The translations under genes and the position numbers were made by a program. Positions 1 to 12,736 of a stretch of 64,000 nucleotides of DNA are shown here, one piece after another. The notes under the pieces are model-generated. The model saw nothing but the letters and a program-made list of their open reading frames with translations. It ran no database searches and was not told the origin of the DNA. Each line of letters starts with the position of its first letter. Position 1 is the first letter of the stretch. Source of the stretch: a bacterium (GTDB lineage Bacteria; Bacteroidota; Bacteroidia; Bacteroidales; WCHB1-69); NCBI GenBank assembly GCA_963643165.1, contig CAVIJD010000005.1, forward strand, positions 11,436 to 75,435, read 5' to 3'.

Positions 1-1686
1 TTCACCATCCGGATGCGGTGTATGCGTTCGTGCTCCGCCAGCCCTTTGTTGATGCTTTCAACTTCGCGCTGCATCCGCTTGACGACTTCAGGTAGCGTGA
101 TCATCTCGTCGTTGTTGTCATAGTGTATCTTGTATTTGGCACACCAGAAATGGAGCGTGTCGAAGTCGGGCACGATGATGGCGGAGGCGAATTTCTCGTT
201 TTCGCCAATGACCATGCAGTTGTCGATGAAATGGGACTCGCGGAGTTTGTTCTCGAGCACTTGCGGGGCGATGTATTTGCCGGTCGAAAGTTTGAAGATC
301 TCTTTTTTGCGGTCCGTGATCTTGAGGTAACGGCGGTCTCCTTTGGTTTTGCCGTTGATGTCAACCATCATGCCGATGTCGCCCGTGTGGAACCATCCGT
401 CACTGTCAATCACCTGAGCGGTGTATTCGGGATCTTTGTAGTATCCCATCATCAGGCAGTCGCCTTTGGTGAGGATCTCGCCGTCTTCGGCCAATTGGAA
501 CTCTATGCAGGGCATGATTTCGCCCACGGTGCCGATGACGAACACGTCTTTCGTCGGGTTGTTGACGGCGATGACAGGCGACGTCTCGGTCATGCCGTAG
601 CCTTCGAACACGCGGAGCTTGGCGGCCGAGAAGAGACGGATGATGCGTTCCTGGATGGAAGACCCGCCCGATACGACAATCATGGGCTTGCCGCCGAAAG
701 CCTCGCGCCACTTGGAATAGACTAATTTGTCGGCGAGTTGCATCTTTTTCAGGTAGAACCAGTTGTGATTGTAATAGTCGTATTTTGTGGCCTCTTTGAA
801 AGCCCAGAAGTAAATTCTCCGTTTGATGCCTGTCATGTCCTTGCCGGCAGCATGCAGTTTGTCGAACATCATTTCCAGCACGCGCGGTACGGCACAGAAC
901 CCTACGGCGTGGATGTCTTTGAGGTCTTTGGCTATGGTGTTGAGTCCGCCCGCATAGTAGATGCTGGTGCCCAAAATCTGATAATGATAGTTGATGACTC
1001 TCTCATAGACGTGGCACAAAGGCAAGAAACTCAAGATGTTGCCCGTGTGGTCGTTTGTCTGCATCTTGGTGAGCGTGATGGCGTTGGTGAGGAAGTTCTT
1101 GTGCGACAGCATGACACCTTTGGGAAGCCCCGTGGTGCCGGAGGTGTAAATGATGGTCGCTAATTCTTCCGGCTTGATCTCAGCTTTGTTCTTTTCTACC
1201 GTGGGCATCCACTTTTCACGGTTGTCACGCCCTATTTTCAGCATTTCGAAGAATGAACGCTCGTCTTTGATGTCTGCAATCGTGAATACGTATGGGTGCA
1301 ACTCCAAGTCGGGCAGCGCCGGCGCCACGTGCTTGTAGATGGACTCGATGCCGATGACGATGCATTTCGAGTCGGAATGGTTCAGGATGTAACGATAGTC
1401 GTCAGGGGTGAGCGACGGATAAACCGGCACGTGAACCATTCCCGCCAACATGATGCCCATGTCCATGAAATTCCACGCCGGACGGTTGTTCATGATGGTG
1501 GCGACTTTGTCGCCTTTCTGTAGCCCGAGCTCCAACAAGGCACAGGCGATGGACTCCGAAATCTCTATGTATTCGTCCACGCTGAACTTGTGCCATTCTC
1601 CATTTTCTCTTCCGCAGATGATGTCACCCTTGGGGTAGTTTTCTTTCAGATGTTCGAGAATATCAAATAGTCTGGTAATCTTCATA
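1..1686 (-). CDS. long-chain fatty-acid--CoA ligase (AMP-dependent synthetase/ligase); C-terminal end lies beyond the left window edge
   Basis: Absent from the ORF track because it runs off the window. Hand translation of the minus strand from the ATG at 1686 gives MKITRLFDILEHLKENYPKGDIICGRENGEWHKF... It carries the AMP-binding signature IIYTSGTTGLPKGVMLSH and FEGYGMTETSP. The + strand ORFs listed here (123..725, 738..1163) are antisense shadows. Confidence 0.85.
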
Positions 1687-1848
1687 AGCAAATATTTTTT
1701 GAAAAATGACTGTGGGCGGCAAAGATAACAAAAACATTTAAAGGATACTTGTTTTTCTTGTGTGTTGTTTGCAATGAGTTGACTTTCAGTTAATTGTAAA
1801 ATGCGAAAAAAAAGAAGACCGGCAGGTGTCGGGATATTGAAAAAAGTG

Positions 1849-1856
1849 TATTTTTG
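1849..1856 (+). promoter_or_regulatory. Bacteroidota-type -7 box (TAnnTTTG) upstream of tRNA-Met
   Basis: tatttttg lies about 16 nt upstream of the tRNA 5' end. No convincing -33 TTTG was found. Confidence 0.35.
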
Positions 1857-1872
1857 CAGCCGCTTAACCAAT

Positions 1873-1946
1873 GGCGGGGTAGCTCAGTCGGTTAGAGCGT
1901 CGGATTCATAACCCGGAGGTCACGAGTTCAATTCCCGTTCCCGCCA
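1873..1946 (+). tRNA. tRNA-Met (anticodon CAT), elongator-like
   Basis: A 74-nt cloverleaf folded by hand. Acceptor GGCGGGG/TCCCGCC, D arm GCTC-AGTCGGTTA-GAGC, anticodon loop TTCATAA (CAT), T loop TTCAATT. The G1:C72 pair argues against an initiator. Met versus lysidine-modified Ile cannot be resolved from sequence. CCA is not encoded. Confidence 0.85.
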
Positions 1947-1958
1947 CAGGATTAAAAA

Positions 1959-1986
1959 AGCACTGGTTTTTCCAGTGCTTTTTTTG
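1959..1986. terminator. bidirectional rho-independent terminator between tRNA-Met and ligA
   Basis: 8-bp stem agcactgg/ccagtgct with a T-rich loop. An A-run precedes it and a T-run follows it, so it reads as hairpin plus U-tract on both strands. Confidence 0.6.
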
Positions 1987-2045
1987 TTTTGACGACGGAG
2001 CGTCCGGATTCTATGCAATGGGCGCAGTTTAACGCCAAGTACACA

Positions 2046-6247
<4,202 letters not shown>

Positions 6248-6284
6248 GGTGTAAATGAGGGTTGTGGATTTTGAGGGTGGACGA

Positions 6285-7802
6285 TTAAAGATTTACGACT
6301 TCAACGGCGCGGACTACTCGGCGGTGTATCTCGTCGATGCCGATGAGGTCGATGATGGTGAACAGTTCAGGTCCTTTTGCCGCACCTACGATGGCGATGC
6401 GCAGGCTGTTCAGAACCTGTCCCATGTTGAGTTCATTGTCGCGAATGTACTGCATGACGGCTTCAGATGCGGCAACCTTGTCGAACGGCTTGTGCTGACA
6501 AAGGATGGCGTCGATTTCGAGCAGACGTGCTCCGGTGCCCTCTTTCCAGCGCTTTTTCAGCGACTGCGGGTCATATTCTGTCGGGGCAACGAAGAAATAA
6601 TGGGCCTGTTCCCAGAAGTCTCCCGTGAAATTGAGCCGGTCTTTGATTAGTTCGATGACTTTCTTGACGTATCCGGCGTCGCTGGAGATGCCTTTCTCGT
6701 TCAAGACTTTTTCAAAATAAGGATAGAGTTCGTCCGCGTTTTTGCTGAGGATGTATTCGTGGTTGAACCATTTGGCCTTGTCGAGCGAGAATTTGGCGCC
6801 CGATTTGCTGATTTTGTCGAGCGAGAAGAGCTGTATCAGTTCCGGCAGCGACATCAGTTCCTGTTCGGTGCCCGGGTTCCAGCCGAGGAGCGCCAGCATG
6901 TTGATGACGGCCTCGGGCAGATAGCCGGCTTCTCGGTAGCCTGACGAGACCTCGCCGGACTTCGGGTCGCGCCATTGGAGCGGGAACACGGGGAAGCCGA
7001 GGCGGTCGCCGTCGCGTTTGCTGAGTTTGCCGTTGCCGTCGGGCTTGAGCAGCAGCGGCAGGTGGGCGAACTGCGGGGCATCCCAACCGAAAGCCTTGTA
7101 GAGCATTACGTGCAACGGGGCCGATGGCAGCCACTCCTCGCCGCGAATGACGTGCGTGATCTTCATCAGATGGTCATCTACAATGTTGGCCAAATGATAG
7201 GTGGGCATGCCGTCAGACTTGTACAGCACCTTGTCGTCGAGGAGGTTGGAGTTGACGACCACCTCGCCTCGTATCAGGTCATGCACGTGGATGTCGGTGT
7301 CGGCAGGGTATTTGAAACGTACCACATAGTGCTCGCCCGAGGTCAGCCTCCGCTGCGTTTCCTCTTCCGGAAGCGTAAGCGAGTTTACCATGCCCATGCG
7401 GGTGGAGGCGTCATATTGGAAGGTCTTTTTCTGGCTTTCGGCCTCCTTGCGCCGCGCGTCCAGCTGCTCGGGCGTGTCAAAGGCGTAGTAGGCCCAGCCG
7501 TCGTTGACCAGCTGCTCCGCGTAGGGCTTGTACAGTGCCTTGCGCTCCGACTGCTTGTATGGCCCATAGTCGCCGCGCCCGGTGCCGATGCCCTCGTCAA
7601 ATTCGATGCCCAGCCATTTGAAAGCCTCAATGATATATTCTTCGGCACCCTCAACAAACCGGGTCTGGTCCGTGTCTTCGATTCTCAACAAAAAGGTGCC
7701 GCCGTTTTTCTTTGCAAAAAGATAATTGTACAATGCTGTGCGTACGCCCCCGATGTGCAGAGGTCCCGTGGGACTGGGGGCAAATCTTACTCGTGGTTCC
7801 AT
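6285..7802 (-). CDS. gltX: glutamate--tRNA ligase
   Basis: Starts [19 protein letters not shown] (HIGH motif) and contains GKLSKRDG (KMSKS-type). Start moved to the ATG at 7802, because the 15 extra upstream codons of the track ORF overlap a predicted -7 box region. Confidence 0.92.
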   Translation of the reverse strand: MEPRVRFAPSPTGPLHIGGVRTALYNYLFAKKNGGTFLLRIEDTDQTRFVEGAEEYIIEAFKWLGIEFDEGIGTGRGDYGPYKQSERKALYKPYAEQLVNDGWAYYAFDTPEQLDARRKEAESQKKTFQYDASTRMGMVNSLTLPEEETQRRLTSGEHYVVRFKYPADTDIHVHDLIRGEVVVNSNLLDDKVLYKSDGMPTYHLANIVDDHLMKITHVIRGEEWLPSAPLHVMLYKAFGWDAPQFAHLPLLLKPDGNGKLSKRDGDRLGFPVFPLQWRDPKSGEVSSGYREAGYLPEAVINMLALLGWNPGTEQELMSLPELIQLFSLDKISKSGAKFSLDKAKWFNHEYILSKNADELYPYFEKVLNEKGISSDAGYVKKVIELIKDRLNFTGDFWEQAHYFFVAPTEYDPQSLKKRWKEGTGARLLEIDAILCQHKPFDKVAASEAVMQYIRDNELNMGQVLNSLRIAIVGAAKGPELFTIIDLIGIDEIHRRVVRAVEVVNL

Positions 7803-7835
7803 ATTATATATTGTATGTCTTTTTATATAGGGGTG

Positions 7836-7843
7836 CAAAAATA
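7836..7843 (-). promoter_or_regulatory. -7 box (TAnnTTTG on minus strand) upstream of gltX
   Basis: + strand caaaaata is tatttttg on the minus strand, about 35 nt upstream of the gltX ATG. Confidence 0.4.
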
Positions 7844-7986
7844 ACATTTACTTTGATATGCTAAAGAGAACGCTTCTGCAAAAATAGCCAAACTCGCAGG
7901 CTGGTTTTGCTTGTAAAAAAGCGTACTTTTGCGCCTTGTTTAAAAAACGTGATTATATTCTATATCTAATTATAAAACAATATTTT

Positions 7987-8931
7987 ATGAAGAACATACT
8001 ATCTATTCTGAAGACCAAAAAATTCTGGGTTGAACTCCTCATCATGACAGTGGGCATGATGATAACGGCTTGTGCTGTCTATTATTTTCTCGTTCCCAGC
8101 AAACTCATCATCGGCACAATCTCGGGTCTGTCGATTGTGATCAGCGGCATTGCCGACAGCGCTTTTCATGTCAACCTTCCGGTTTCTGTGGTCATCTTTG
8201 TCGTGAATGCCATCTTGCTGGTGCTTGCCTATTTTCTCATCGGCAAGGAGTTCGGCATCAAGACGGTTTATACGGCCTTGATATTGGGACCGCTCACCGG
8301 TCTGCTGGAGCGTTTTTTCCCGTATCAGAATTTCATCAGCCCTGATGCCGCCTACCCCTCTGTGATGGGCGATATCTGGTTCGACCTCTGCTGTTTCGTG
8401 TTGCTGCTCAGTGCGGCGCAGGCGGTTCTGTTTTCCATCAACGCCTCTACCGGCGGCCTTGACATTCTGGCCAAAATCGTGAACAAGTACCTGCACTTCG
8501 ACATTGGCAAGTCGGTGAGCGTGGCCGGTGCCGTAATCTGCTGCACCGCTTTTGCCATCAACCCTTTCCAAATGGTAGTCATTGGTCTTATCGGCACCTG
8601 GATCAACGGTTTGGTGGTCGATTATTTCACGGCAGCGCTCAACAACCGCAAGCGTGTGTGTGTGGTTTCAAAAGAGTACGACCGCATTCGCCGCTATATT
8701 ATCGACGAGTTGGTGCGGGGCTGTACGCTGTATGAGGTCATTGGCGGCTACACGAATGAGAAATCCATTGAATTGGAAGCCCTGCTTACGAAAGACGAGT
8801 TTTCAAAATTGATGGAGTTTGTGAGCAAGAACGAGATTCACGCTTTCATCACGGCCGGTAACGTGAGCGAGGTTTACGGCTTGTGGTTCAAGGACAAAAA
8901 GCGGGTGAAACACAGTGTGGAAAGGCGATAG
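7987..8931 (+). CDS. YitT-family membrane protein (C-terminal DUF2179-like domain)
   Basis: Multi-TM N-terminal part containing GGLDILA, and a soluble C-terminal part GCTLYEVIGGYTNE...HAFITAGNVSEVYG. Start taken at MKNILSILK (7987). Confidence 0.8.
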   Translation: MKNILSILKTKKFWVELLIMTVGMMITACAVYYFLVPSKLIIGTISGLSIVISGIADSAFHVNLPVSVVIFVVNAILLVLAYFLIGKEFGIKTVYTALILGPLTGLLERFFPYQNFISPDAAYPSVMGDIWFDLCCFVLLLSAAQAVLFSINASTGGLDILAKIVNKYLHFDIGKSVSVAGAVICCTAFAINPFQMVVIGLIGTWINGLVVDYFTAALNNRKRVCVVSKEYDRIRRYIIDELVRGCTLYEVIGGYTNEKSIELEALLTKDEFSKLMEFVSKNEIHAFITAGNVSEVYGLWFKDKKRVKHSVERR

Positions 8932-8946
8932 AAAGCGCCTTTCCAC
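8917..8946. terminator. hairpin between convergent YitT-family gene and serine dehydratase gene
   Basis: 11-bp perfect stem gtggaaaggcg/cgcctttccac with an 8-nt loop that contains the YitT stop codon. No strong U-tract on either side. Confidence 0.4.
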
Positions 8947-8954
8947 TGGGCATC

Positions 8955-10154
8955 TCAGCTTTCGCGGTCCACGAGTGCGAGGCCTCCGGCGGAAGTCTCC
9001 TTGTAGAGGCTCGGCAGGTCTTTGCCGGTGAGGTTCATGGTTTTCACCACTTTGTCGAAACTGATGACGTGTTTGCCGTCAGAAAGCATCGAGAACAGGT
9101 TGGCGTCGAGGGCGCGGAGTGCGGCGAAGGAGTTGCGTTCGATGCAGGGTATCTGCACCAGTCCGCACACGGGGTCGCAGGTGAGCCCGAGGTGATGTTC
9201 GAGTCCCATTTCTGCGGCGTATTCAATTTGCCGCGGCGTGCCTCCAAAGAGTTGGTTGGCGGCGGCGGCAGCCATGGAGCAGGCGGAGCCTATCTCGCCT
9301 TGGCAGCCAACTTCCGCCCCAGAGATGGAGGCGTTAGTCTTGATGATGTTGCCGAACAGAGCGGCGGTGGCCATGGCCTTGAGGATGGCCTTGTCGGAAA
9401 AGTCGTGGCTGTGTTTCAGGTGATACAGCACTGCGGGCAGCACGCCAGCAGAGCCGCACGTGGGTGCGGTAACGATGACACCGCCCGATGCGTTCTCCTC
9501 GGCGGTGGCCAGGGCGTAGGCGGACACTAAGCAGCGCCCTTGCAGCGACGGCTTGTAGCTGCGCGCCTTCACGTAGTACGACGGCGCTTTGCGCTGCAGA
9601 TGAAGCCCGCCGGGAATGGCCCGGTCGTCTTGCAGTCCTCGCTCCACAGTGGCCTGCATGACCTCCCAACGCACTTGCAGATAGTCCCAAAGGTCAGACT
9701 CCTCGTGCTGTTCCACATATTCCCAAAACGACATCCCCTCGTGCTCAATGTGCTTCAGAATCTCGGCGACAGTCCGGTGCTCATAAACAGCTTTCGTCTC
9801 TTGCTGGGGCGTGCCGTCAGAGAGCGCGCCGCCGCCGATGCTATAGACGGTCCACGAGTCTATAAGTTGGTCTGTTGGGTCAAACGCTTCGTAGAGCATA
9901 GCGTTGGTGTGGAATTTGTGTACAATCTCGGGTTTCCAGACAAAAGTGACCGGCACCGGGGCGAGTGCCTCGGCGATGGTTTTGTCGGTGAGATGTCCCT
10001 TGCCCGTGGCAGCGAGGCTGCCGAAGAGGGTTACTTGATAACGTTGCGCCGATGGGGTGCGTTGCCGGAACTGCTCCGCGGCGAGGTGCGGCCCCATAGT
10101 GTGGCTGCTTGAGGGCCCATGACCTATGCGGTATATGCTTTTGATAGATTCCAT
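8955..10154 (-). CDS. sdaA: L-serine ammonia-lyase (iron-sulfur dependent, single-chain)
   Basis: MESIKSIYRIGHGPSSSHTMGP at the N-terminus, with the alpha-domain region GGVIVTAPTCGSAGVLPAVL further in. Start taken at the ATG at 10154. Confidence 0.9.
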   Translation of the reverse strand: MESIKSIYRIGHGPSSSHTMGPHLAAEQFRQRTPSAQRYQVTLFGSLAATGKGHLTDKTIAEALAPVPVTFVWKPEIVHKFHTNAMLYEAFDPTDQLIDSWTVYSIGGGALSDGTPQQETKAVYEHRTVAEILKHIEHEGMSFWEYVEQHEESDLWDYLQVRWEVMQATVERGLQDDRAIPGGLHLQRKAPSYYVKARSYKPSLQGRCLVSAYALATAEENASGGVIVTAPTCGSAGVLPAVLYHLKHSHDFSDKAILKAMATAALFGNIIKTNASISGAEVGCQGEIGSACSMAAAAANQLFGGTPRQIEYAAEMGLEHHLGLTCDPVCGLVQIPCIERNSFAALRALDANLFSMLSDGKHVISFDKVVKTMNLTGKDLPSLYKETSAGGLALVDRES

Positions 10155-10293
10155 TGTCAACTGTTTTTTGCAAATCAGAAAGTAACGCACCGTGTCGCCA
10201 TTTATTGCAGCGGCGTATGTTTTTGACGGTCGTGGAACAGACTTTTTTTGGTTGGCTCAGATTCAAGACAAAACAGTATCTTTGCCGCCGTTT

Positions 10294-11034
10294 ATGAAAA
10301 AAGCAAAATTTGGTTCTTTCCTTTGGCAGCATTTCCTGCTGCTGATTTCTCTTTTTGTGATGACGTTAGGCGTAGCCGTATGTGTGCGCAGCGGTCTCGG
10401 TTCCAGCGTCATATCGGCGATCCCATACGTTTTTGAGATGGCCGGCAAGCAGCGTCCTGCTGTCCCGTCGCTCACTATTGGGCAATACACCTACATAATG
10501 AACGCATTGTTGGTTTTAGGGCAGATTATTGTGCTGCGGCGTCGGTTTGAGCCGGTGCAGTTGTTGCAATTGGCAGTCGGTTTTGTGTTCGGGTCGCTCA
10601 TAGATGTCAACATGTTGCTCACGCAGTGGTTAGAGCCGTCCGGACTGCTGGCCAAGGTCATCACACAAGTGGCGGGTTGCACCATCTTGGGCACGGGCAT
10701 TGCGTTGGAGGTGCGTTGTGGTTCTGTCACCATGCCTGGCGAGGGCTTTCCCGTGGCTATCAGCATCGTTACAGGAAAGGAGTTCCCGAAGGTCAAAATC
10801 TGCGTTGACATTGCCCTCGTGGTTTTGGCCGTGCTCTTCTGCTACCTCTTTTTCGGGGCATGGCAGTGGTACATCGTCGGTGTGGGCACGCTTTTCGCGA
10901 TGGTCTATGTGGGGGTAGTAGTGCGCGCTGTAGGCAAGCACATCGGGTGGTTCGACCGTCTGTTGGCCTATCGTCCCGGCTTCCGTCGCTACATCTATGG
11001 TTTGGCCAAGTGGCTGTTCAAGTCCGACCGTTAG
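10294..11034 (+). CDS. polytopic membrane protein, YczE/DUF6198-like
   Basis: MKKAKFGSFLWQHFLLLISLF..., GVAVCVRSGLGSSVISAIPYV and GTGIALEVRCGSVTMPGEGF. The family assignment is from memory of the motif pattern. Confidence 0.6.
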   Translation: MKKAKFGSFLWQHFLLLISLFVMTLGVAVCVRSGLGSSVISAIPYVFEMAGKQRPAVPSLTIGQYTYIMNALLVLGQIIVLRRRFEPVQLLQLAVGFVFGSLIDVNMLLTQWLEPSGLLAKVITQVAGCTILGTGIALEVRCGSVTMPGEGFPVAISIVTGKEFPKVKICVDIALVVLAVLFCYLFFGAWQWYIVGVGTLFAMVYVGVVVRAVGKHIGWFDRLLAYRPGFRRYIYGLAKWLFKSDR

Positions 11035-11227
11035 CAGTGCATGTCCGGAGTCTCTTGCGGGCGATGTGAGACTTACGACATAAGGACTAAGACTTCAGAG
11101 CGTAGTGCGGGTTGTTACAAATTCCATCATAACTTGCAGTCAGTCTGGGGGCGTGTGTGGGGGGAGTTGTTAGTCTGCGTTTTCCTTGTGCGAGAGACGG
11201 AATGGGTCTGTGTTCTGTTCTGTGACT

Positions 11228-11381
11228 TTGGGCATCGGATATGCCAAATCATTGGCGGTGAAACCGTCGGGGCAAGCCGCATTCCAAGTCGTATGAGCCT
11301 CAGAGGGGCTCAATATCGTGGAAAGAGAGAAAGAACAACACGCGTAACGCCTCTACACTCTACATTCGTGTGGTAGCCGTG
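11228..11381 (-). mobile_element. R1-D: truncated, inverted copy of the R1 MITE-like element (left end only)
   Basis: The reverse complement of 11363..11381 is cacggctaccacacgaatg, matching the R1 left terminal inverted repeat at 17 of 19 positions. The following ~150 bp align to the R1 5' part with an internal collapse of the cattggcgg hairpin. More decayed similarity may extend toward ~11070. Confidence 0.7.
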
Positions 11382-11413
11382 GGGGGATAAAGACTCTGCA
11401 GGTGTGATAATTC

Positions 11414-11555
11414 CTACATTCCCTCATCAACACATAACGATGTGACGTTAGTCGGGACGGGGACTTCCATGTCGAGGTGGAATTGCACAGGGCCTTTCCC
11501 CAGTCTTTTGGCTCGTGTGTCTGCCCCTTGTAACTCTTGGGAGGGCGGCTGTCCG
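11414..11555. repeat. R2 copy 1: ~142-bp conserved 3' boundary repeat of cassette 1
   Basis: Differs from 12500..12642 at only 3 positions by hand alignment. Lies downstream (on the minus strand) of the 198-aa orphan gene. Confidence 0.85.
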
Positions 11556-11722
11556 CTAAAAATTTGGCGTACTTGTCCAACAGATAGGCATAGACCTTGG
11601 AGAAGAACTCCTGGGGACGACGGATATTGGCTTCAGCAAGCGTGCTTCTCCTGACCAGATAGTTCGTGCCGAGATGCCCGAGTTTGTGCGCCTCAGCCTT
11701 CCTGCCAATTGTATTTGTTTTA

Positions 11723-12319
11723 TCAGTTGTTCCGTTCCTCGCCGAAAAGTGTCTTCACACATTGGTCAAGCATGCGCTTCGCCGTTGACGCAATCGTGGC
11801 ATAATCACAGTCGCGCAACGTCACGGTTCCCCATTCCGGGGTCATTGCGGACACTATCTTGATGTATGCGTCCCAATATCTGTCGGTGCCCACCGTCCCC
11901 ACTGCGGCATTCTCCGTCCCTTTGTGACAAGTCAAGCAAGGTGTCGCACATTCGATGCCGTCCTTGGCAAGCTGCACGTGCGAGCCGTCGAATATGTTCC
12001 CAGGGATTTCGGCCTCATCGCCGACTTCGTCATTGAGGTAGCGAAAACACCGTAGTGTGCGGTCGTCGCAATCTATATGATAAATGAATTCCTCGTCGCC
12101 GTGTACACAACCATCGGGCTCATACGCGTCGCTGTATTGTGTTAAATGAGATACGATACTTTCCGGTTCCCAACAGTTGTGTTTCAATGTGTCCGCATAT
12201 TCCCTAAGCAATTTGACCAATTGCCTGCCGACACCTTCAGGGTACCCGTCACAGTGATGATAGACATACTGCGAATCCGTACCGGCTTTCTTAATGATGA
12301 TATGACATCTTGTGCTCAT
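11723..12319 (-). CDS. hypothetical protein (198 aa; YHHCDGYPEG motif, Cys-rich C-terminal half)
   Basis: MSTRCHIIIKKAGTDSQYVYHHCDGYPEGVGRQL...; no family recognised. An alternative start at the conserved leader ATG (12349, MLKIEVPYNT-) is in frame. Confidence 0.6.
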   Translation of the reverse strand: MSTRCHIIIKKAGTDSQYVYHHCDGYPEGVGRQLVKLLREYADTLKHNCWEPESIVSHLTQYSDAYEPDGCVHGDEEFIYHIDCDDRTLRCFRYLNDEVGDEAEIPGNIFDGSHVQLAKDGIECATPCLTCHKGTENAAVGTVGTDRYWDAYIKIVSAMTPEWGTVTLRDCDYATIASTAKRMLDQCVKTLFGEERNN

Positions 12320-12331
12320 AGTATTGTAGGG

Positions 12332-12434
12332 GACTTCTATTTTTAACATTTTCACACCGACCCTCTGAACTTTGTGAAGTTCGTTAGCCAAAATCCAAAG
12401 ATGTCGGGACGGCAAATGTATTGTTTTTCTGTTT
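12332..12434 (-). promoter_or_regulatory. R3 copy 1: conserved promoter/leader of cassette 1
   Basis: About 90% identical by eye to 14022..14124. Contains a minus-strand TAcaTTTG (-7 box, + strand 12413..12420), a ccgac...gtcgg stem and an ATG at 12349. Confidence 0.6.
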
Positions 12435-12499
12435 ATTTTACAGTCGTTTCAAAAATTTTCGACATAGTTGGTAAAATATTGTATGACAATATGTTACAC

Positions 12500-12642
12500 T
12501 CTACATTCCCTCATCAACACATAACGATGTGACGTTGGTCGGGACGGGGACTTCCATGTCGAGGTGGAATTGCACAGGGCCTTTCCCCAGTCTTTGGGCT
12601 CGTGTGTCTGCCCCTTGTAACTCTTGGGCGGGCGGCTGTCCG
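12500..12642. repeat. R2 copy 2: conserved 3' boundary repeat of cassette 2
   Basis: Near-identical to 11414..11555. Separated from the cassette 2 cargo by the R1-A insertion. Confidence 0.85.
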
Positions 12643-12736
12643 GTAAATTGACTACTTTTGCGCATTGACTACTTTTTTTATTGCAAGACATGGATAGTCA
12701 AAAGGGCTGACACCTTTCACGAGACATCAGCCCTAA

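Noticed and set aside
1873-1946. The CAT-anticodon tRNA considered as the initiator tRNA-fMet.
   Set aside because: Positions 1:72 form a G:C pair, whereas bacterial initiators have a 1:72 mismatch. The anticodon stem also lacks the three consecutive G:C pairs. It is kept as elongator Met, with the Ile2 (lysidine) possibility left open.
7803-7847. N-terminal extensions of several track ORFs. Examples are gltX to 7847, sdaA to 10190, rplY to 29119, ettA to 61551, the decarboxylase to 45999, the 10192 start of the membrane protein, the 33445 start of the DUF2147 gene, and the 46599 and 48036 starts.
   Set aside because: The extensions overlap neighbouring genes or predicted -7 boxes and are not protein-like. 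Conserved family N-termini begin at internal Met codons, so the shorter coordinates were used.
11414-11555. The possibility that R2 is just an R1 terminal repeat split by an insertion. R2 ends resemble ctacattc... and ...cggctgtccg, loosely like the reverse complement of the R1 left TIR.
   Set aside because: The match is only 7-8 of 10 nt at one end and 8 nt at the other, and it relies on the common aatgtag motif. That is not enough to claim a relationship, and computed alignment would be needed.
12696-12730. The hairpin gggctga-(16 nt)-tcagccc and the direct repeat attgactactttt x2 (12647..12685), both between R2 copy 2 and R1-A, considered as possible regulatory or att sites.
   Set aside because: Each occurs only once in the window. 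The hairpin has a 7-bp stem with a large loop and no U-tract. Nothing links them to the conserved cassette parts. They are noted only as features of the R1-A insertion neighbourhood.
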